A stretch of DNA of 64,000 bases. It comes from Podarcis vaucheri (Eukaryota). Each line of letters starts with the position of its first letter. The first letter of the stretch is position 1. The stretch lies in NCBI GenBank assembly GCA_965113315.1, contig OZ220370.1. The stretch is one strand, 5' to 3'. The notes under the pieces were generated by a model, which was not told the origin of the DNA, ran no database searches, and saw only the letters and a list, made by a program, of their open reading frames with translations. The position numbers and the translations under genes were made by a program. This document shows, one piece after another, positions 35,119 through 48,520 of this stretch.

Positions 35119-35269
35119 CCTGATTCATAGAGCAGGGCAAAAGCATGTAGCAGGTCACTGGTTTGGGGGGCAACGGCACTGGCTGCTTATGCCCAGTTCA
35201 AAGTGCTAGTCTTGATCTTTTATTGCTCTTAGTTGGAGACTTCCCCTCTCTGTATGAAGCTACCAATCC

Positions 35270-35348
35270 CTTGTAAGGCAGAGTCACTCTGCCAATGGGC
35301 CTGGTGCCTGATGCCAGCTCCCCGTAGACCATGTCCCTGGGGAACCTG
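35270..35348 (-). mobile_element. RTE-clade LINE fragment (not Bov-B)
   Basis: Encodes RFPRDMVYGELASGTRPIGRVTLPYK, a typical RTE C-terminal motif. Confidence 0.65.
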
Positions 35349-36188
35349 AAATCAGGATTGTGTCCCCTGCTTCCTTGTGTGACCCATCCAGGGTTGGACA
35401 AACTTTCTGGCCTTCCTTTCTGCTTGAGACAGTAAAATGCCACCTTGCATGTGAGTTGACTTCCACTCAATGGATTGCAGGTTGTGTAAGGCTTGCTTTA
35501 ACGCTGCAGAAATTCACCAGGTGCAGCCCTCATTGCATCTCTATGCCGGGAGAAGAACTACCTACTGAAGTTCCACCTGACAGACAGCTGCTGGAGGTGC
35601 AGAGCCTCAGTCGGGTGGGTGGGTGAGATACAGAAACGGTAACTGCAAGAAGAACTGCAATTATACTTCATTTTCTTTTGTTTTGAATTGCAACAAACTG
35701 AGCTCGAAAAGTTCAGGACAGAGCTCGAAGCATCGGAGCAGACGAACTCTGTTAATGATTCAAAATGGCCTGTGACCTAATTTTCTAAGCACTTGCTTGG
35801 GTGGGAACTGCAGCGATGTCAACAGGGCTGGATTAACCATTAGGTTACATACATGAAACAATGCAGAATGCCAGCCAAATGTTGCTGTGGGAGTTTCTTG
35901 CTGGGGAAAGTACGCTGGGCACCTTTAAAATGCAGCACACCTTAGAACATGTGAGCTATTATTTCATCATGTGGTTTGGGGGTGGCAGAAAGTGGAGAAT
36001 GTGGCCCAGCTCCTGCAAAACACCCATAGAGCTCTGCTAGCACGTGGAACAGCTCTACTCTTTTTTTTAATTCTGCTTCTGCAAAATTTCCTTACGCCCT
36101 TGGCAAGGAGATGTCTGCCAAGTAGGAGAATACGACAGAGGGGTTTCTCATAGGTTTCAACATGATCAACAGCTTGATATAGTTAGAG

Positions 36189-36320
36189 CAGGGTGGCTAC
36201 CCTGTGGCCTTTCAAATGTTCTTTGACACCCACCAACTCCAGCCAGCATGGCCAATGGTTAGGGATGATGAGAGTTGTGGTCCATCAGCTTATGGAAGGC
36301 TATAGGTCTCCTCATCCCTA
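36189..36320. mobile_element. Old palindromic hAT-like MITE
   Basis: CAGGGTGG...CAGCATGGCCAATGGTTAGGGATGATG...CATCCCTA. Confidence 0.6.
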
Positions 36321-38615
36321 GATTAGGGGCTCGGATGTCTTCTCTATGTGGAAATTTTTTACTGCAGGAAAAATATACTGTTATTGCATGGGGGAATGTG
36401 GTAGATGTTCGTGAAATTATGTGTGGAAAAAAGTGGTGGTGGAGAGAATATTCATAGGTGTTGATGGCAGGGTCCTCTAGTGAAAGTGATTGGTGGGAAA
36501 TTCAGGGCAAACAGATGAGAAGAAAATATTTATCACCATGCACAATTAGAGATGGGAGGGGAATTTGATGTAGTTTGCACACAAACCAAAAACACGACCA
36601 GAATTTGCGCTTCCCTGAATCTTGCAGTGCAGTTCTGCAGTCAAGTAGTGTGTACAAAAATGCATAGACAAGGGTAAAGTGTGCATACATTAATGAAAAT
36701 GGCCTACAAAAATGCAGGATATTACAGGAAGTTGCTTTTGCAAAAAAAAAAAAGTGTATATTAGACGAAATTTGCACTAAAATGCTGGTGGATTTTCAGG
36801 ACTTTAAAAACAAACAAACTCAGACACAAGGAAATGTGGACAACTGAACTTAAGATTGGGTAAAATGAGAAACTGAGATTGTTATATCAACTTCTGGAAT
36901 TGGCTATGAGAAACTTTCAAAGAGGATTAGGCAATTTCACGGAAAAGATGTCTGTTGTTAGCAGTCACAATGACTATAGAAAAGCCTCCCTCTTCAGAGA
37001 AGGTATGTCTTGGGGTGGGTTGCTGCCTTCATCTCCTGCATGTGGGCTGCCTGGAGGCATCTAGTGGACCATTCTAAGAAGCAGAAGGATGCTGGGCAAC
37101 TTGTGATTTGATCTGGCAGAGCAATTAGCAGGGTTTAACATGCATCTCCATGCCCCAAAGAAATGCATTACCTGGGGGTTCCTGCATATCAAGTGTTTGT
37201 TGAAGGTCACAGAGGCCTCCTGAAAAGTTGGCAATCTAATTTTGGGGTCTCTCCACCAAGCACTTCTGCTGTGAATTTTTGGGCTCATCTGCATCATTTT
37301 TTGGACAATTCTCAGCTGTCCTTTAAATTACTGCCCTCCCACCCTCTCCCTTGCCCGTCCCCGGCCAATCCAGATTTCCACAAACTAGGGAATCTCCAAA
37401 AAGGAGAGGTTATGAGCCTGACAAAAATGTATGAAAAGAGCCTTGATCTCCTGAGGAATGTGAACATTATTTTGCAAGGTTCACAGTCTCACTTGAATGC
37501 AAGTTTTGGATGGATACTGTCAATTTGTTCCTTTTCCTCCGAAAAAGCTACAGCAGCGTTCCTCAGACTCCAGATGTTTTAGGCGTACAACTCCCATCAG
37601 CCCCAGACAGCATGGACTGAGCTATAGTGCTATGCTGTTGATCTTACAGATTTTAAAGGATTGATATAAAAGAAAGATATGAAAACTCATTGTAGCATTT
37701 TTATTGCACTGCTTTATAGTAATTCATATCAGAGATTGAAGCCGTTTGTGTTTATCAGATTCTACCCAGTGCATAGAGACCTATGTGGGCCTGTGTACAC
37801 ACTGCCATTTACTTTGGCTCCAGAGCACTCCCACAGCTGGTGCTTGAAGCTGTGTATACAATACACATCTATCTTGCAATTTCTTGGGAAATACTGATGG
37901 CTGATACATTTCTTCAGAGGTGTACTTAGGTTTCCTTGTGTCCTTGGCTAGGAGATGTACTGGTGCCTCTGAAGCCGGGAGAGACCATGGACCAGAAACT
38001 AAAAAAGTTTGCTTTTTGCCACCTTTTGTGCTCCACCAGTGACTTCCTCAGCGGCCACTGGGGTTGGGTCTCCCCACCCTCTGTTAGTTTGTCTGCTTGC
38101 CTTCCTGCCTCTCTTTCTCCCTCCGTCCACTCACTGTTTTCCCTCCAAGCTGCCAGAGTAGAGCTGTGATTTTTGCATCTCCCTTGGCCAATCCTAGGTA
38201 TGCCCCTGCATTTTTTCTACAGCCAGCTTCCATCTGATTTGAAAATGTACACCGCGGTTAAGCTGAGGTGTGCACATTTGAGACAGATGTTGCACATGTA
38301 CAGATGACACACACGTGCAGATGACAGCTTCACAAATAGGAGTTTGGAGGGGGTCGTAGGCATGGGGAAACCAAACAGGTAACGTGCGTTGGGTGAAGAT
38401 ATCTCCATCCCCTCTCAGATGTATACAGCAATGTGCAAATGTGACTTGAAATGCAGAGAAGGCGAGGAAATGACCTCACTCTCATTTTAAGCCATTAATA
38501 TATACCTAGCCTGTGTGAAAAGGTTAAGTATACTGATACGGCGCTATCATTCAGAAGTGAAGGGGCCTCCTGTAATCTTTAGGGTGCTTAAATTCCACTG
38601 AAATTATTTGGATAT

Positions 38616-38945
38616 GTTGTTGTTGTTGCTTAGTCGTTTAGTCGTGTCCGACTCTTCGTGACCCCATGGACCAGAGCACGCCAGGCACTCCTGTCTTCCA
38701 CTGCCTCCCGCAGTTTGGTCAAACTCATGCTGGTAGCTTCGAGAACACTGTCCAGCCATCTCGTCCTCTGCCGTCCCCTTCTCCTTGTGCCCTCCATTTT
38801 TCCCAACATCAGGGTCTTTTCCAGGGAGTCTTCTCTTCTCATGAAGTGGCCAAAGTATTGGAGCCTCAGCTTCAGTATCTGTCCTTCCAGTGAGCACTCA
38901 GGGCTGATTTCCTTCAGAATGGATAGGTTTGATCTTCTTGCAGCC
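38616..38945 (-). mobile_element. Bov-B 3' fragment
   Basis: ORF 38630-38842 MRREDSLEKTLMLGK...RTRLND; (CAA)n tail. Confidence 0.94.
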
Positions 38946-41076
38946 CGTGAGCCTCAAATACTTCTATGTATTCAAATTTATGGTGTGATCCAAAGAGTTG
39001 TAAAAAATATTATAGAATATCAAAATGCGCATATATTACTAAGCAGATTTCGAGCGTAGAGGGAAGCCACCAGACACTTCAATGATTATATATGATACTA
39101 CTGTTGAGCTTCATTGCATTTCCAATTAATAGCCCACCCGGCCAGGTTACCTGTGTGAATTTCTGCTGCCATCTTGGCAAATCTATCTACTTTATGGGTT
39201 GCAGACATCCCTACCCAGCACAATTTTTAAGCAGCAATCTCATGGGCCAATTACTCATCTGTTTTTACAAAAATGTCGGAGTGATTTTCTCTGGACGTAC
39301 TATGCATAATGGACAGTACCATAGATAATCTGAATCGAACCACAAATGCACATTCTGTGGTCCCTTGGGATGCACACTGCTGGAGTTACTGCGGATATCA
39401 CGGTCTGAGGTGAGGAAAAAGCTTTCTCTCTGTGTTGCAGGGTCTCCAGGCTGAGCCAGACCACGCTCATATTCCAAGTTTGATTTGAAGCCTGGAGAAA
39501 ACTGAAGAGGAATCGATTACTGCTCTATCCCTTCGAATTGCGATGTCTTTCAATCAAGGAATGCGTTGGCAGCAATTGCATCCTTTGCTAGCAGCTCCAG
39601 CTGGAATAACTTGTAATTTGCTGTAACCCTGAATGTTGCTGTAACTCTGAATGTTTTATATTTTGCATATATATGCATGCACGCTTCTGAGCCTGTTCCA
39701 CCATACTCTTGCAAGGATATCATCGGCTCCTGCATGGATTTATTCAAAAAAGAAAAGGTTCCTCTATGGAACATTGCCCCAAATTTTAATATCCTTGTTG
39801 CATCTGTTAGTCAAGGAATGTTTTGGCAGTGACTGAAGTCTTCACTAGTAGCTCCGAGTAGAATAACTCATTTATCTATTTATATTTATTTCATAAAAAA
39901 ATTATATCCTGCTTGATTGTAAGGCGGGAGAGAACCTCAAAGCGGTTTACGAAAAGAGTAAAGTGGCAGAATTATCCACAAAAACAGCTATTCAAAGAAT
40001 AATTAAAACCAAAGCTGATTAAAACACTTGTAAACATACTACATATCTGGGTAGGCTTGCCTTGTAAGATGGTTGCTTCTCCTTTCACCACGGTGGTTGG
40101 AAGGAAGCACAATTATTTTGCACAGATATATCCTGCGTGAAGCAGTTTGCAAACCGTAAAACACTCTGAAAACCACAGTTATCACTGATACATAAAAAGA
40201 AGCTTGTTAACCTGTTTTGAACACAGGTAAACCACCGGACTGACTAAGAAACGGTAGCGTTTTATGTCCTCCAAGACATTTTAAAACAATATGCTTTGCA
40301 TTTCCCCCTTCAGAGCCTTGGAAGGGCGGTGTGCTGACATAACAACTATCCACACAGGTGCTCCCTTGGAGATTGCTTTCCGTCTGTTTTTATTTAATAT
40401 ATACAAATTTAATTACATTTTATTGCTGCTGTTTTTAATTGGCGCTGGTAGGAAAGAGCCTCCCGGCCACGCACCGAACCCAACGGGTGTGTTAAAAGAA
40501 ACGCCCGAGGCCTCAGCCCAGAAAGAAAGAAACATACTTAAATCCCATTAAAAATCAATGCAACTGTAGTGCCTGCATAAGCAGGATTCATGTTGTCATG
40601 GTTGTGTCTTTTATAAAGAGGACTATCCAGACTCCATTAAAATCCATGTCCAAAGGGGAGGGGAAAACACCACTGGCTTTATGATTCAATTTTCTTTGCA
40701 GCGCGATATTCTTCACCTTCATTGTTCACTCGAGTGCTGCCACAAGTCGCCACAGGATAACAATTGAGTCATGTAGGAAGAATGTATACTTGTGTCGACC
40801 TATGAGCCACATACAATTGTTGGGAGTCGATCCAAAATAATATTCAGCACAACAGATTCCAGTTTGCAGGAATAAAGGCTTGATGTGCGACCATTTTAGT
40901 CTTCTATATTCTTGGGCGCCCCTATGGTCTATTTGGGAGGGTTATAGCTCAGTGGGAGGGTGTAACATGCAGAAGGCCCAAGACCCAACCCCCACTGTCA
41001 AAAGAGGGGGTGGGGAAGCTCAACAACTCTGTCCAGATTTTCACTTTAGGGAATATAGGCAACTCTAGTATAGGGA

Positions 41077-41360
41077 CAGATCCTGAAGCTGAGACTCCAA
41101 GACTTTGGCCACCTCATGAGAAGAGGAGACTCCCTGGAAAAGACCCTGATGCTGGGAAAGATTGAGGGCACAAGGAGAAGGGGATGACAGAGATGGTTGG
41201 ACGGTGTTCTCAAAGCTACCAGCATGAGTTTGACCAAACTATGGGAGGCAATGGAAGGCAGGAGTGCCTGGCGTGCTCTGGTCCATGGGGTAATGAAGAG
41301 TTGGACATGACTAAACAACTAAACAACTAAACAACTAAACAACTAAACAAGAACAACAAC
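41077..41360 (+). mobile_element. Bov-B 3' fragment with (AACTAAAC)n expanded tail
   Basis: TSD AGTATAGGGA (41067-41076, 41361-41370). Sits in an old tRNA-SINE-like relic starting about 40938. Confidence 0.92.
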
Positions 41361-41407
41361 AGTATAGGGAAACTTCCTATGTCATTCCATAACTTCATAG
41401 ACTGGCG

Positions 41408-41547
41408 CTGGGGTGGCAAACCTATGGACCTACAGATGTCGATGGACTCCAATTCCAATCAGCCCTAGTCAACATGGTCAATGGCCAGGGATGATGGGAG
41501 TTGTGCTCTAGCAACCTGGGGAAATGGGGGCAGGTTTCCTAACCCTT
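41408..41547. mobile_element. Old palindromic hAT-like MITE
   Basis: Same family as 36189-36320. Confidence 0.55.
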
Positions 41548-42155
41548 ATTCTAGCTTCACAATGAAGTTGAGGACAACTAAGAGCATCTTATAGTTGCAG
41601 CACATCTATTCTGGCAGAGTATTGCACGTGAATATATACATTTGCATGTTACTTACAAATCCCCAAAAGAGAATACAGAAATGTGGGAAATTTGCTTTTT
41701 CACAGTACGAACATTCTTGGTAAGGCCTGGTAAGATTAAGTTGGGAGTTGTGTCCAGACTGTGAGCTCCTAACTGCCTACTTCTGCTCTAAACTATTAGT
41801 GTTCAGTTTTGTAAGAAAGATCTAATTTGGATGACCAGGTGTCTTCCGAGGCGAGATTGACAAAAATCCATGGATTCTCACAAAAATCCTGTTGCTCTGG
41901 GGATGCCACAAGCTGGGATGGGAATGGGGATGAATTTGAATCTTGCTTGAGACAGGTTCTATGACTCCCCTGTGCTGATAGCAGGCAAAATACCTGCTTG
42001 TTATTTTTTGTTTTGATTAGTCCAGATTTTGTTACTGAAATTTTGGAGTATGAGATGAATAAAGTCTAAGAAGGGATATCTGGATCTCTACTCACATCAA
42101 CTGCCATATTCCGATGATCTTGGTCAAAATGATATCAATCATAATATTTCCAGGT

Positions 42156-42231
42156 TTCCTTCCTTCCTTCCTTCCTTCCTTCCTTCCTTCCTTCCTTCCT
42201 TCCTTCCTTCCTTCCCTTCCCTTCCTTCCTT
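42156..42231. repeat. (TTCC)n microsatellite
   Basis: Read directly from sequence. Confidence 0.95.
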
Positions 42232-42401
42232 GAAAAAATTATTACAAAGTAAGCCAGAAATAGAATTGCAACCTTTTCCCTATTCACCCCTCCCTTTTGG
42301 TTTTGCAACCATGACAGAGTTAGTGTGAGCCGCACACAATTTGAAATGAACTGTTACTATGCATCTTGTATTATGAGTTGATCAGACAGTGTAATGGTGT
42401 A

Positions 42402-42738
42402 CAGTGGTACTATGGTTTAAGAACAGCTTAGTTTATGAACAAATTGGATTAAGAACGCTGCAAACCTGGAAGTAGGTGTTTGTGTTTGTGAACTTTGCCT
42501 TGGATGCAGAACATGTTTTGCTGCCTGTTGAGTATGTTCCATTTGTAAATTGAGTCCCCCGCTGCTATGGGAATATTTGAGGAATTATTGTATTTTAATC
42601 TTTTGTTGGAAGCCACCCAGAGTGGCTGGGGAAACCCAGTCCGATGGGTGGGGTAATAATAATAATAATTAGAAAGCACGCCTTGGTTTAAGAACGGACT
42701 TCCGGAACGGATTAAGTTTGTAAACCAAGGTATCACTG
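42402..42738. mobile_element. Tigger/pogo-like MITE containing an L2 3' end (about 42573-42670)
   Basis: TA-CAGTGGTACTATGGTTTA...TAAACCAAGGTATCACTG-TA; internal L2 tail ending (AAT)n. Confidence 0.8.
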
Positions 42739-43008
42739 TATTTGTATAATCTTTGAAATGACAATACTTTAATTTGTGGAGAGGATTCAGAATCTGGCTT
42801 TTGTAGGTCATTGACTTACAGTCAGCTAGCATCTATTTCCCATAGACTTTTTTGTCTAGACAAATAATTAAGGAATTGATTAATGTCAAACTCTTGACAC
42901 CTGAGACTATCCCTCACTCCTAACCTCCCCCAGTGTTACTCAATTCTTGCTTAGCAAATTAGAATTATGAATGGTGACTTGGGAAGGAGTGAAAGAACCA
43001 TTCAAAGC

Positions 43009-43128
43009 AAGACTGGTCAACCTATATTCCTCCAGGTGTTGTAGGACCACCTCCCATCATCCTTGACCATTGGCTATGCAGGCTGGGACTGATGGGATTT
43101 GGAGTCCAACAACATCTGGAAGGTCCCG
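43009..43128. mobile_element. Old palindromic hAT-like MITE
   Basis: CCTCCAGGTGTTG...CAACATCTGGAAGG arms. Confidence 0.55.
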
Positions 43129-44068
43129 GTAGGAGTTTCATTAAAGTTTACTATAGTTCAGTGCTGGCGTGGTGATATACAGTATCTGTATATGCAGTCA
43201 ATGAGAGGCTTCCTAATCACCTATTTCAATCGTTAATTACAGACGTTTCCCATTTGTAAACAGGGAATGACAACATAGCCTATCTTTGTGCAATAGGGAT
43301 AATTGAAATAATCACCTACTCCTATCTTCATCTCTCTCCATGATGAGCACCAGGTATAGACAATCTCCCAGTAGACTAAAGTGGCACCATGTAAAGCAGG
43401 AAGAAATAGGCACATGCTTTTAGAACCCAAAGGCATGTGCATGAGAATTATCTGCCTAGCAACTCAGAGCCCACATTGCTTCTGATCTGTATGCATGTAA
43501 ATTTTATATTTACAGAAAACCCCCCTTCTTGGGAGAACCATGAATATTTCTTCAAAGGTGCAGGTGTACAGTATGTACATAAATAGATTATTATGTGTTA
43601 AAAGATAGTAATGATCAGTCTAGAGAAGTTCAGTTGGTCAATGTGCAGAACACTTCATATCATCGTTCTTTTTACCCCAGCGTACAATAGTGGCCAAAAT
43701 TGTGGAAACCTTTTGGAAAAAGTGTATTTCTGAGGTTTGGTGGCTCATAACACTCCTTTTTTGCTCCATTTCTTTAATTTTTTTTAAAAATTTTTTACAA
43801 GCTCACGAAAGGAAAGAACACAAAAAACCCAACCAACTTGATAGCAATCACACAACACACTGACAAATGTCCTCCTCTCAGCTCCAGTACATAACATCAA
43901 GAGCTGAATCCTACTGTGACGTGATTGAATCATTGCCAAAACAAGATGACACCTGATTGGCTCTCTAAACACTCATGCTCATCGGCTACATACAAATGGA
44001 GAAAAGCTACTGCATATCAACTTAAGCAAGTTGTGCTTCCTTTTTCTGGTTATTTGGCTATAACATTT

Positions 44069-45111
44069 ATTTTATTTTTTTTAAATAACTTTTATTTTGC
44101 TTTAAACAGGTACATATAAACAGGTACATATACAGTGGTGCCTCGCAAGACGAAAATAATTCGTTCCGCGAGTCTTTTCGTCTTGCGATGTTTTTCGTGT
44201 TGAAAAGCACGGTCCGTCGCAACTGCGCCTCTTCAAGCGGCTTTAAAAAAAAAGCACAAGACGTTTTCATCTTGCAAAGCAAGCCCATAGGGAAATTTGT
44301 CTAGTGAAGCAACGCAAAACCGAAAAACCCTTTCGTCTAGCAAGTTTTTTGTCTTGCGAGGCATTCGTCTTGCGGGGCACCACTGTAAATATAGACAACC
44401 AACATTACAAAGGAAAATTCTTTAATAGTAATGGGGAGGAAAACTACAAAAACTACAAAAAATATCAAAGTACATGACACAGAACATAAGCAACTATGGG
44501 AAAGATAAAAGAAAAGAAAAAAGAAAAAGGAAGATGAGCCAAAGCAGGAAAGCTCATCTATTGTACACTTCCGTCAAGCTCACAACAGATCATTATTCTT
44601 ATCAATTAACTCTATCCGCATTCCAAAGGAATCCCTCATCTTGGTATCAGGGAACATTTCTCTATGCGGTATCATTCTAAACATAACCAGGTCTTTCTTG
44701 CAGAGCCCTTGTCCCCTAAATAATTATTTAAATATTCCCATTCTTCTTTCACCAATTTTTTAGGTTGATCTCTTATTGCATCTGTCAGCTTTGCGAGCTC
44801 CAAGTACTCGCACAATTTGACTACCCAGTCCTCTTTAGTGGGTGTATTTTTATCTTTCCAGTGTTTTGCCACTATAACCCTTGCTGCTGACGTTGCATAC
44901 ATAAATAGCCTAGTTTTGTTTTTGGGAATATTATCTGAAACCATTCCTAGTAAAAATTCTTCCGGTTTCTTGCTAAACGTAGTTTTTAATCAATCTCTTT
45001 ATCTCTTCATAAATCATATTCCAAAATCTTTGTATCTCTAGACAGGACCACCACATATGGTAGTATGTTCCTATCTGTTCCTTACATCGCCAGCACTTGT
45101 TATTCAAACAT
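44069..45111 (-). mobile_element. L1-clade LINE 3' fragment
   Basis: CCHC knuckle KCWRCKEQIGTYYHMWWSC and LFMYATSAARVIVAKHWK; AATAAA/poly(A) tail; TSD TATAACATTT (44059-44068, 45112-45121). Confidence 0.88.
44133..44385. mobile_element. Tigger/pogo-like MITE (family C) nested in L1 3'UTR
   Basis: TA-CAGTGGTGCCTCGCAAGACGAA...TTCGTCTTGCGGGGCACCACTG-TA. Confidence 0.9.
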
Positions 45112-46978
45112 TATAACATTTTATAGAATACAGATAATTGAACAAACTTTGTTGCATTACATTCTTCATTAAATTATTTTCCCATTGATATATAATTTTA
45201 TGGTATGAATTAAAAAAAAGTGGTGTTATGAGCCATCAAACCTCAGAAATACCCTTTTCTCAAAAAGGGCCACTAATGTAGAAGAATGCCTCTTTACCAT
45301 GGCTTTTGACACCCAAGTTGTATATTTTTTATAATCCAAGTAGTTTCTCTCATAGTAAGCTGTTTTAATCTAGTTTTTTGTAACATTGTGTTTTAATTGT
45401 TGTAACCCACTCTGGCCGTTAGGGTGAAGGGTGGGTAATTAATAAAAATAATAAAAATATGAATTTGTGGGAATCCAATCAACCTTGATTTCTTAATCAT
45501 GGAAAGCATGGAAGTTACCAGGCCTCATACCACCTTGAAACATGGAAGAACTTCATGATGGCTGGAGTCATGCGATGCGTTCCTCTTTCTAGCAATGTTG
45601 CAGTATATAAAAGTGGCCGCATGTCTGAAAATATCTAACTCCAATTAAGAGCCTTGACACTTGGGTGACCCTGCTGCAAATGGAAAGAGTTGCCCTCTTT
45701 GTTCTAGCAGGGAGATCTGCATGCTCAGGTTACAGATGCCCACCCTCACTGCGATGCTCCTCCAGACCCGATTAAGCTTATGAATATGTAGATAGATCTC
45801 CGTATTGCTAGTAGTGACGCTCTACCAGACCTAGGCCAGGGTCACACTCTTTGCTGGAATTTGATAACAGCCCCAGAGATATGAATGTGGGGTATATAAT
45901 TATGCATGTTGAACTGCTCTCATTTTTGGGGGAAAAGATTGATTTCCCTATAAGGGGCTACATTCTGGATGAGTGGGAAGCCACAAGTTACTTGATATTG
46001 CACTGCAATATTGAAAAATTCCTACGCTTCTTGGAAATGAATGTAAATAGTCGAATGTGCCTCTTTTAAGAGAGAATTTCACTTCCACCACAAATGTAAC
46101 TATGTTTATTTTCATATCTATGCATCTGTATCTACATTCCAGACACCACATTGACCTCACAGTTTGAAGCTGTATTCCAGCAGCTATACTTTGTATTATT
46201 ATAGTTGGATAGCCAGATCTTTTCTCATGCGTGTATATATCCTATATAAGTTGCCGCTTGCGGCCACTGACTGCTCATTACGAGGCTCCAACACTGATGT
46301 AAACTTAAGTTTAGCTAAAATTGCTCTTTGAGTTTAGAGTAAAAAAACAAAAACAAAGGTATTTCCAGCCTTCCTTAAGCACCCAGGAGCTGCTCTTATG
46401 CTATTTGGGTTTGCTGTGAAAGTGAGCGGCCATCAAGAGCCCTTGATCTGCTTAGGCCCATTGTGGTACAATAAGAAGGCCTGCAACTTCCTGTTCAGTA
46501 ACATGCCCTCTCCACAAAGGCTATGAATTTGCTAGAACACACACACACACACTCATGAATTTTGATGCATCATGTAACCATCTAGCATTATTACACTGGC
46601 CAAATCCTTACAGGTGATTTCACTTTCTGGAATGTTGCCTCTGGTCACATGACCAGTCTAGAGCGAATGGATTTGTGGTTTTTTTAAATGAAGGCATAGT
46701 TCAACAAACAAGCGTTGGCTGTTGCTCAGTAGGAGGGACCCAGGCAACTTCCGGTGAAGGTTTTAATCCTTGTAACTTGATAGCACACTTTTGGGTCTGA
46801 GGACAGAATCTGTGTGCAGTCAGCAACAACTGGAATCCTCCCTTTCCCTCAATTAAATTGAGTACAATCCTCCCTCCAATTAAACACACGCAATTTGCCT
46901 TTGGCTCAAGTAAGTTGTTGCCTGCAGGCTCTTCCATACTTGTTGAGCCGCATGACACAACAACCAACTTCTCTAAAG

Positions 46979-47582
46979 TAAGGTTACCAGATTTTTTTCA
47001 ATGAATTTGGGGACATGAATAATGAATAAGAAAGACATGTTCGGGACGTTGATGTTGCAGTGATGCCTTTCGGAGCAGCCCCATCCCAACCCCTACTTGC
47101 GTGCAAGCAGGATGGGGCAGGGATCTCTCAGGCAGCGCGATGCCTCCCTTCCCATCGGAGCAGCCCCAATCCCATTCCTACTTGTGTGCAAGCAGGAGGG
47201 GCAGGGATTCCTCAGCTGGGAAGCGAGGCTTCCCGTTGCCTAACTGAGAGATCCCCGCTCCGCTCCTGCTTGCACGCAAGTAGGAGTTGGGAGGCTGCTC
47301 CGATAGGCAGCGTGAAGCCTCCCTTCACAGCTTAGTTGCTGGAGTCAGGGAAGGTGGAGGCAGCCCGGAAGCTGCATCTTAGAGCCACCATCATATGGGG
47401 ACTTCTGAGCAGCTCCTGAAGGCAGCCAGAGCCAACTGCTCTGGGCTGCTGAGACTGCCGCTGCTGCGTTTCCCGGGGACATTAGATGAAATCCGGGGAC
47501 ATTCCAGGAATGGAATTTGTCTGGGGACTTATTCGCAAATCCGGGAACTGTCCCCGGGAAATGGGGACATCTGGTGACCCTA
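46979..47582. mobile_element. hAT non-autonomous element
   Basis: Perfect 8-bp TSD CTCTAAAG (46971-46978, 47583-47590); TIR TAAGGTTACCAGAT / ATCTGGTGACCCTA; GGGGAC subterminal repeats. Confidence 0.9.
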
Positions 47583-48520
47583 CTCTAAAGGAAGAGCGTA
47601 GGCGTTGCCTTCATCTGGATCCAATGAAAGTTGGACATTCTTCCATCTCCGCGCCTCTTGGTTGCCTGCAATGTGTCTCTTGAACCTCCCCTGCCCCTTT
47701 TCTATGTTAAAATGAGAGAATCTAATCTGAAAGCAAAACAAGCTTGTAACATATTGGCGAATGCACTTTGCCATGAAATCACTAGCAATTAAATAGCTCA
47801 GTCTAAGGGAAATATGAAAAACACACACACTGAAAGCCTATGATACCTGGTTGTTACTAAGAAAGCAAGGAGGCAAATTGAGCAATGCTAGCTGACATCT
47901 GGGCTCCCTGAAAAGGTGCTGGATTCTGTTCAAAGATTGGTGCTGTTGCGACAATGATTTGGCATGACCCAGCCTAAGACAAGTTGGGCACTTTTATGTT
48001 CTTATACATGTCTGTTCAGAAGGATGTTCCACTGAGTTAAGTATGTAACTCAAGGATGTAGCTGTAGCATACTGTAAATCCCATTTCTTTCTGTGGGATA
48101 AATGCTACAGCTGACCCTGTGCTGAAGGAAAAATATGTAGTCAACCTGAACAGGTTTATTGTATCTCTTCCCTTCCTTTCCATCCCCAAAGCCCCAAACA
48201 GAATCTTGTAAACTTTAAAGGTTTCTACCCTAGAGAGCCACTACACACACAAACACACACAATTTTGCATCAGCATGTGGAATAACCTCACATTCTGCCA
48301 CATTATCAATAGCATACAGATTCTCCTGACTGTCTTTCCCCCTGTCATTAGTTAATTTTCTGCCCTTGACTATACCCTTCTCTAGCTGGAATATTTCTAA
48401 ATATTCTGTGTCATCACAGCCACCCAGCTAAAAGGTGTGCATGTTTGGCTTGTGTGTCTCTGTGTGAATGAATTTCTGGGTATATATGTATTGTAGACTG
48501 GAAGAACAGATTGAACAGTT

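Larger units (their letters stand above)
33905..35220 (+). mobile_element. Ancient L2-like ORF2 fragment hosting a SINE and a Bov-B
   Basis: Degenerate motifs NRLKL.GDKMEV, LGLLLDS, RIDYC before the insertions; HWL and QFKVLVLIF after them. Confidence 0.6.
43685..45278. mobile_element. Non-autonomous Tc1/mariner element (outer layer of a nest)
   Basis: TA TSDs. TIRs of about 70-80 bp (CAATAGTGGCC...TATTTCTGAGGTTTGGTGGCTCATAACAC and its inverse); the right TIR has a short deletion. Confidence 0.8.
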
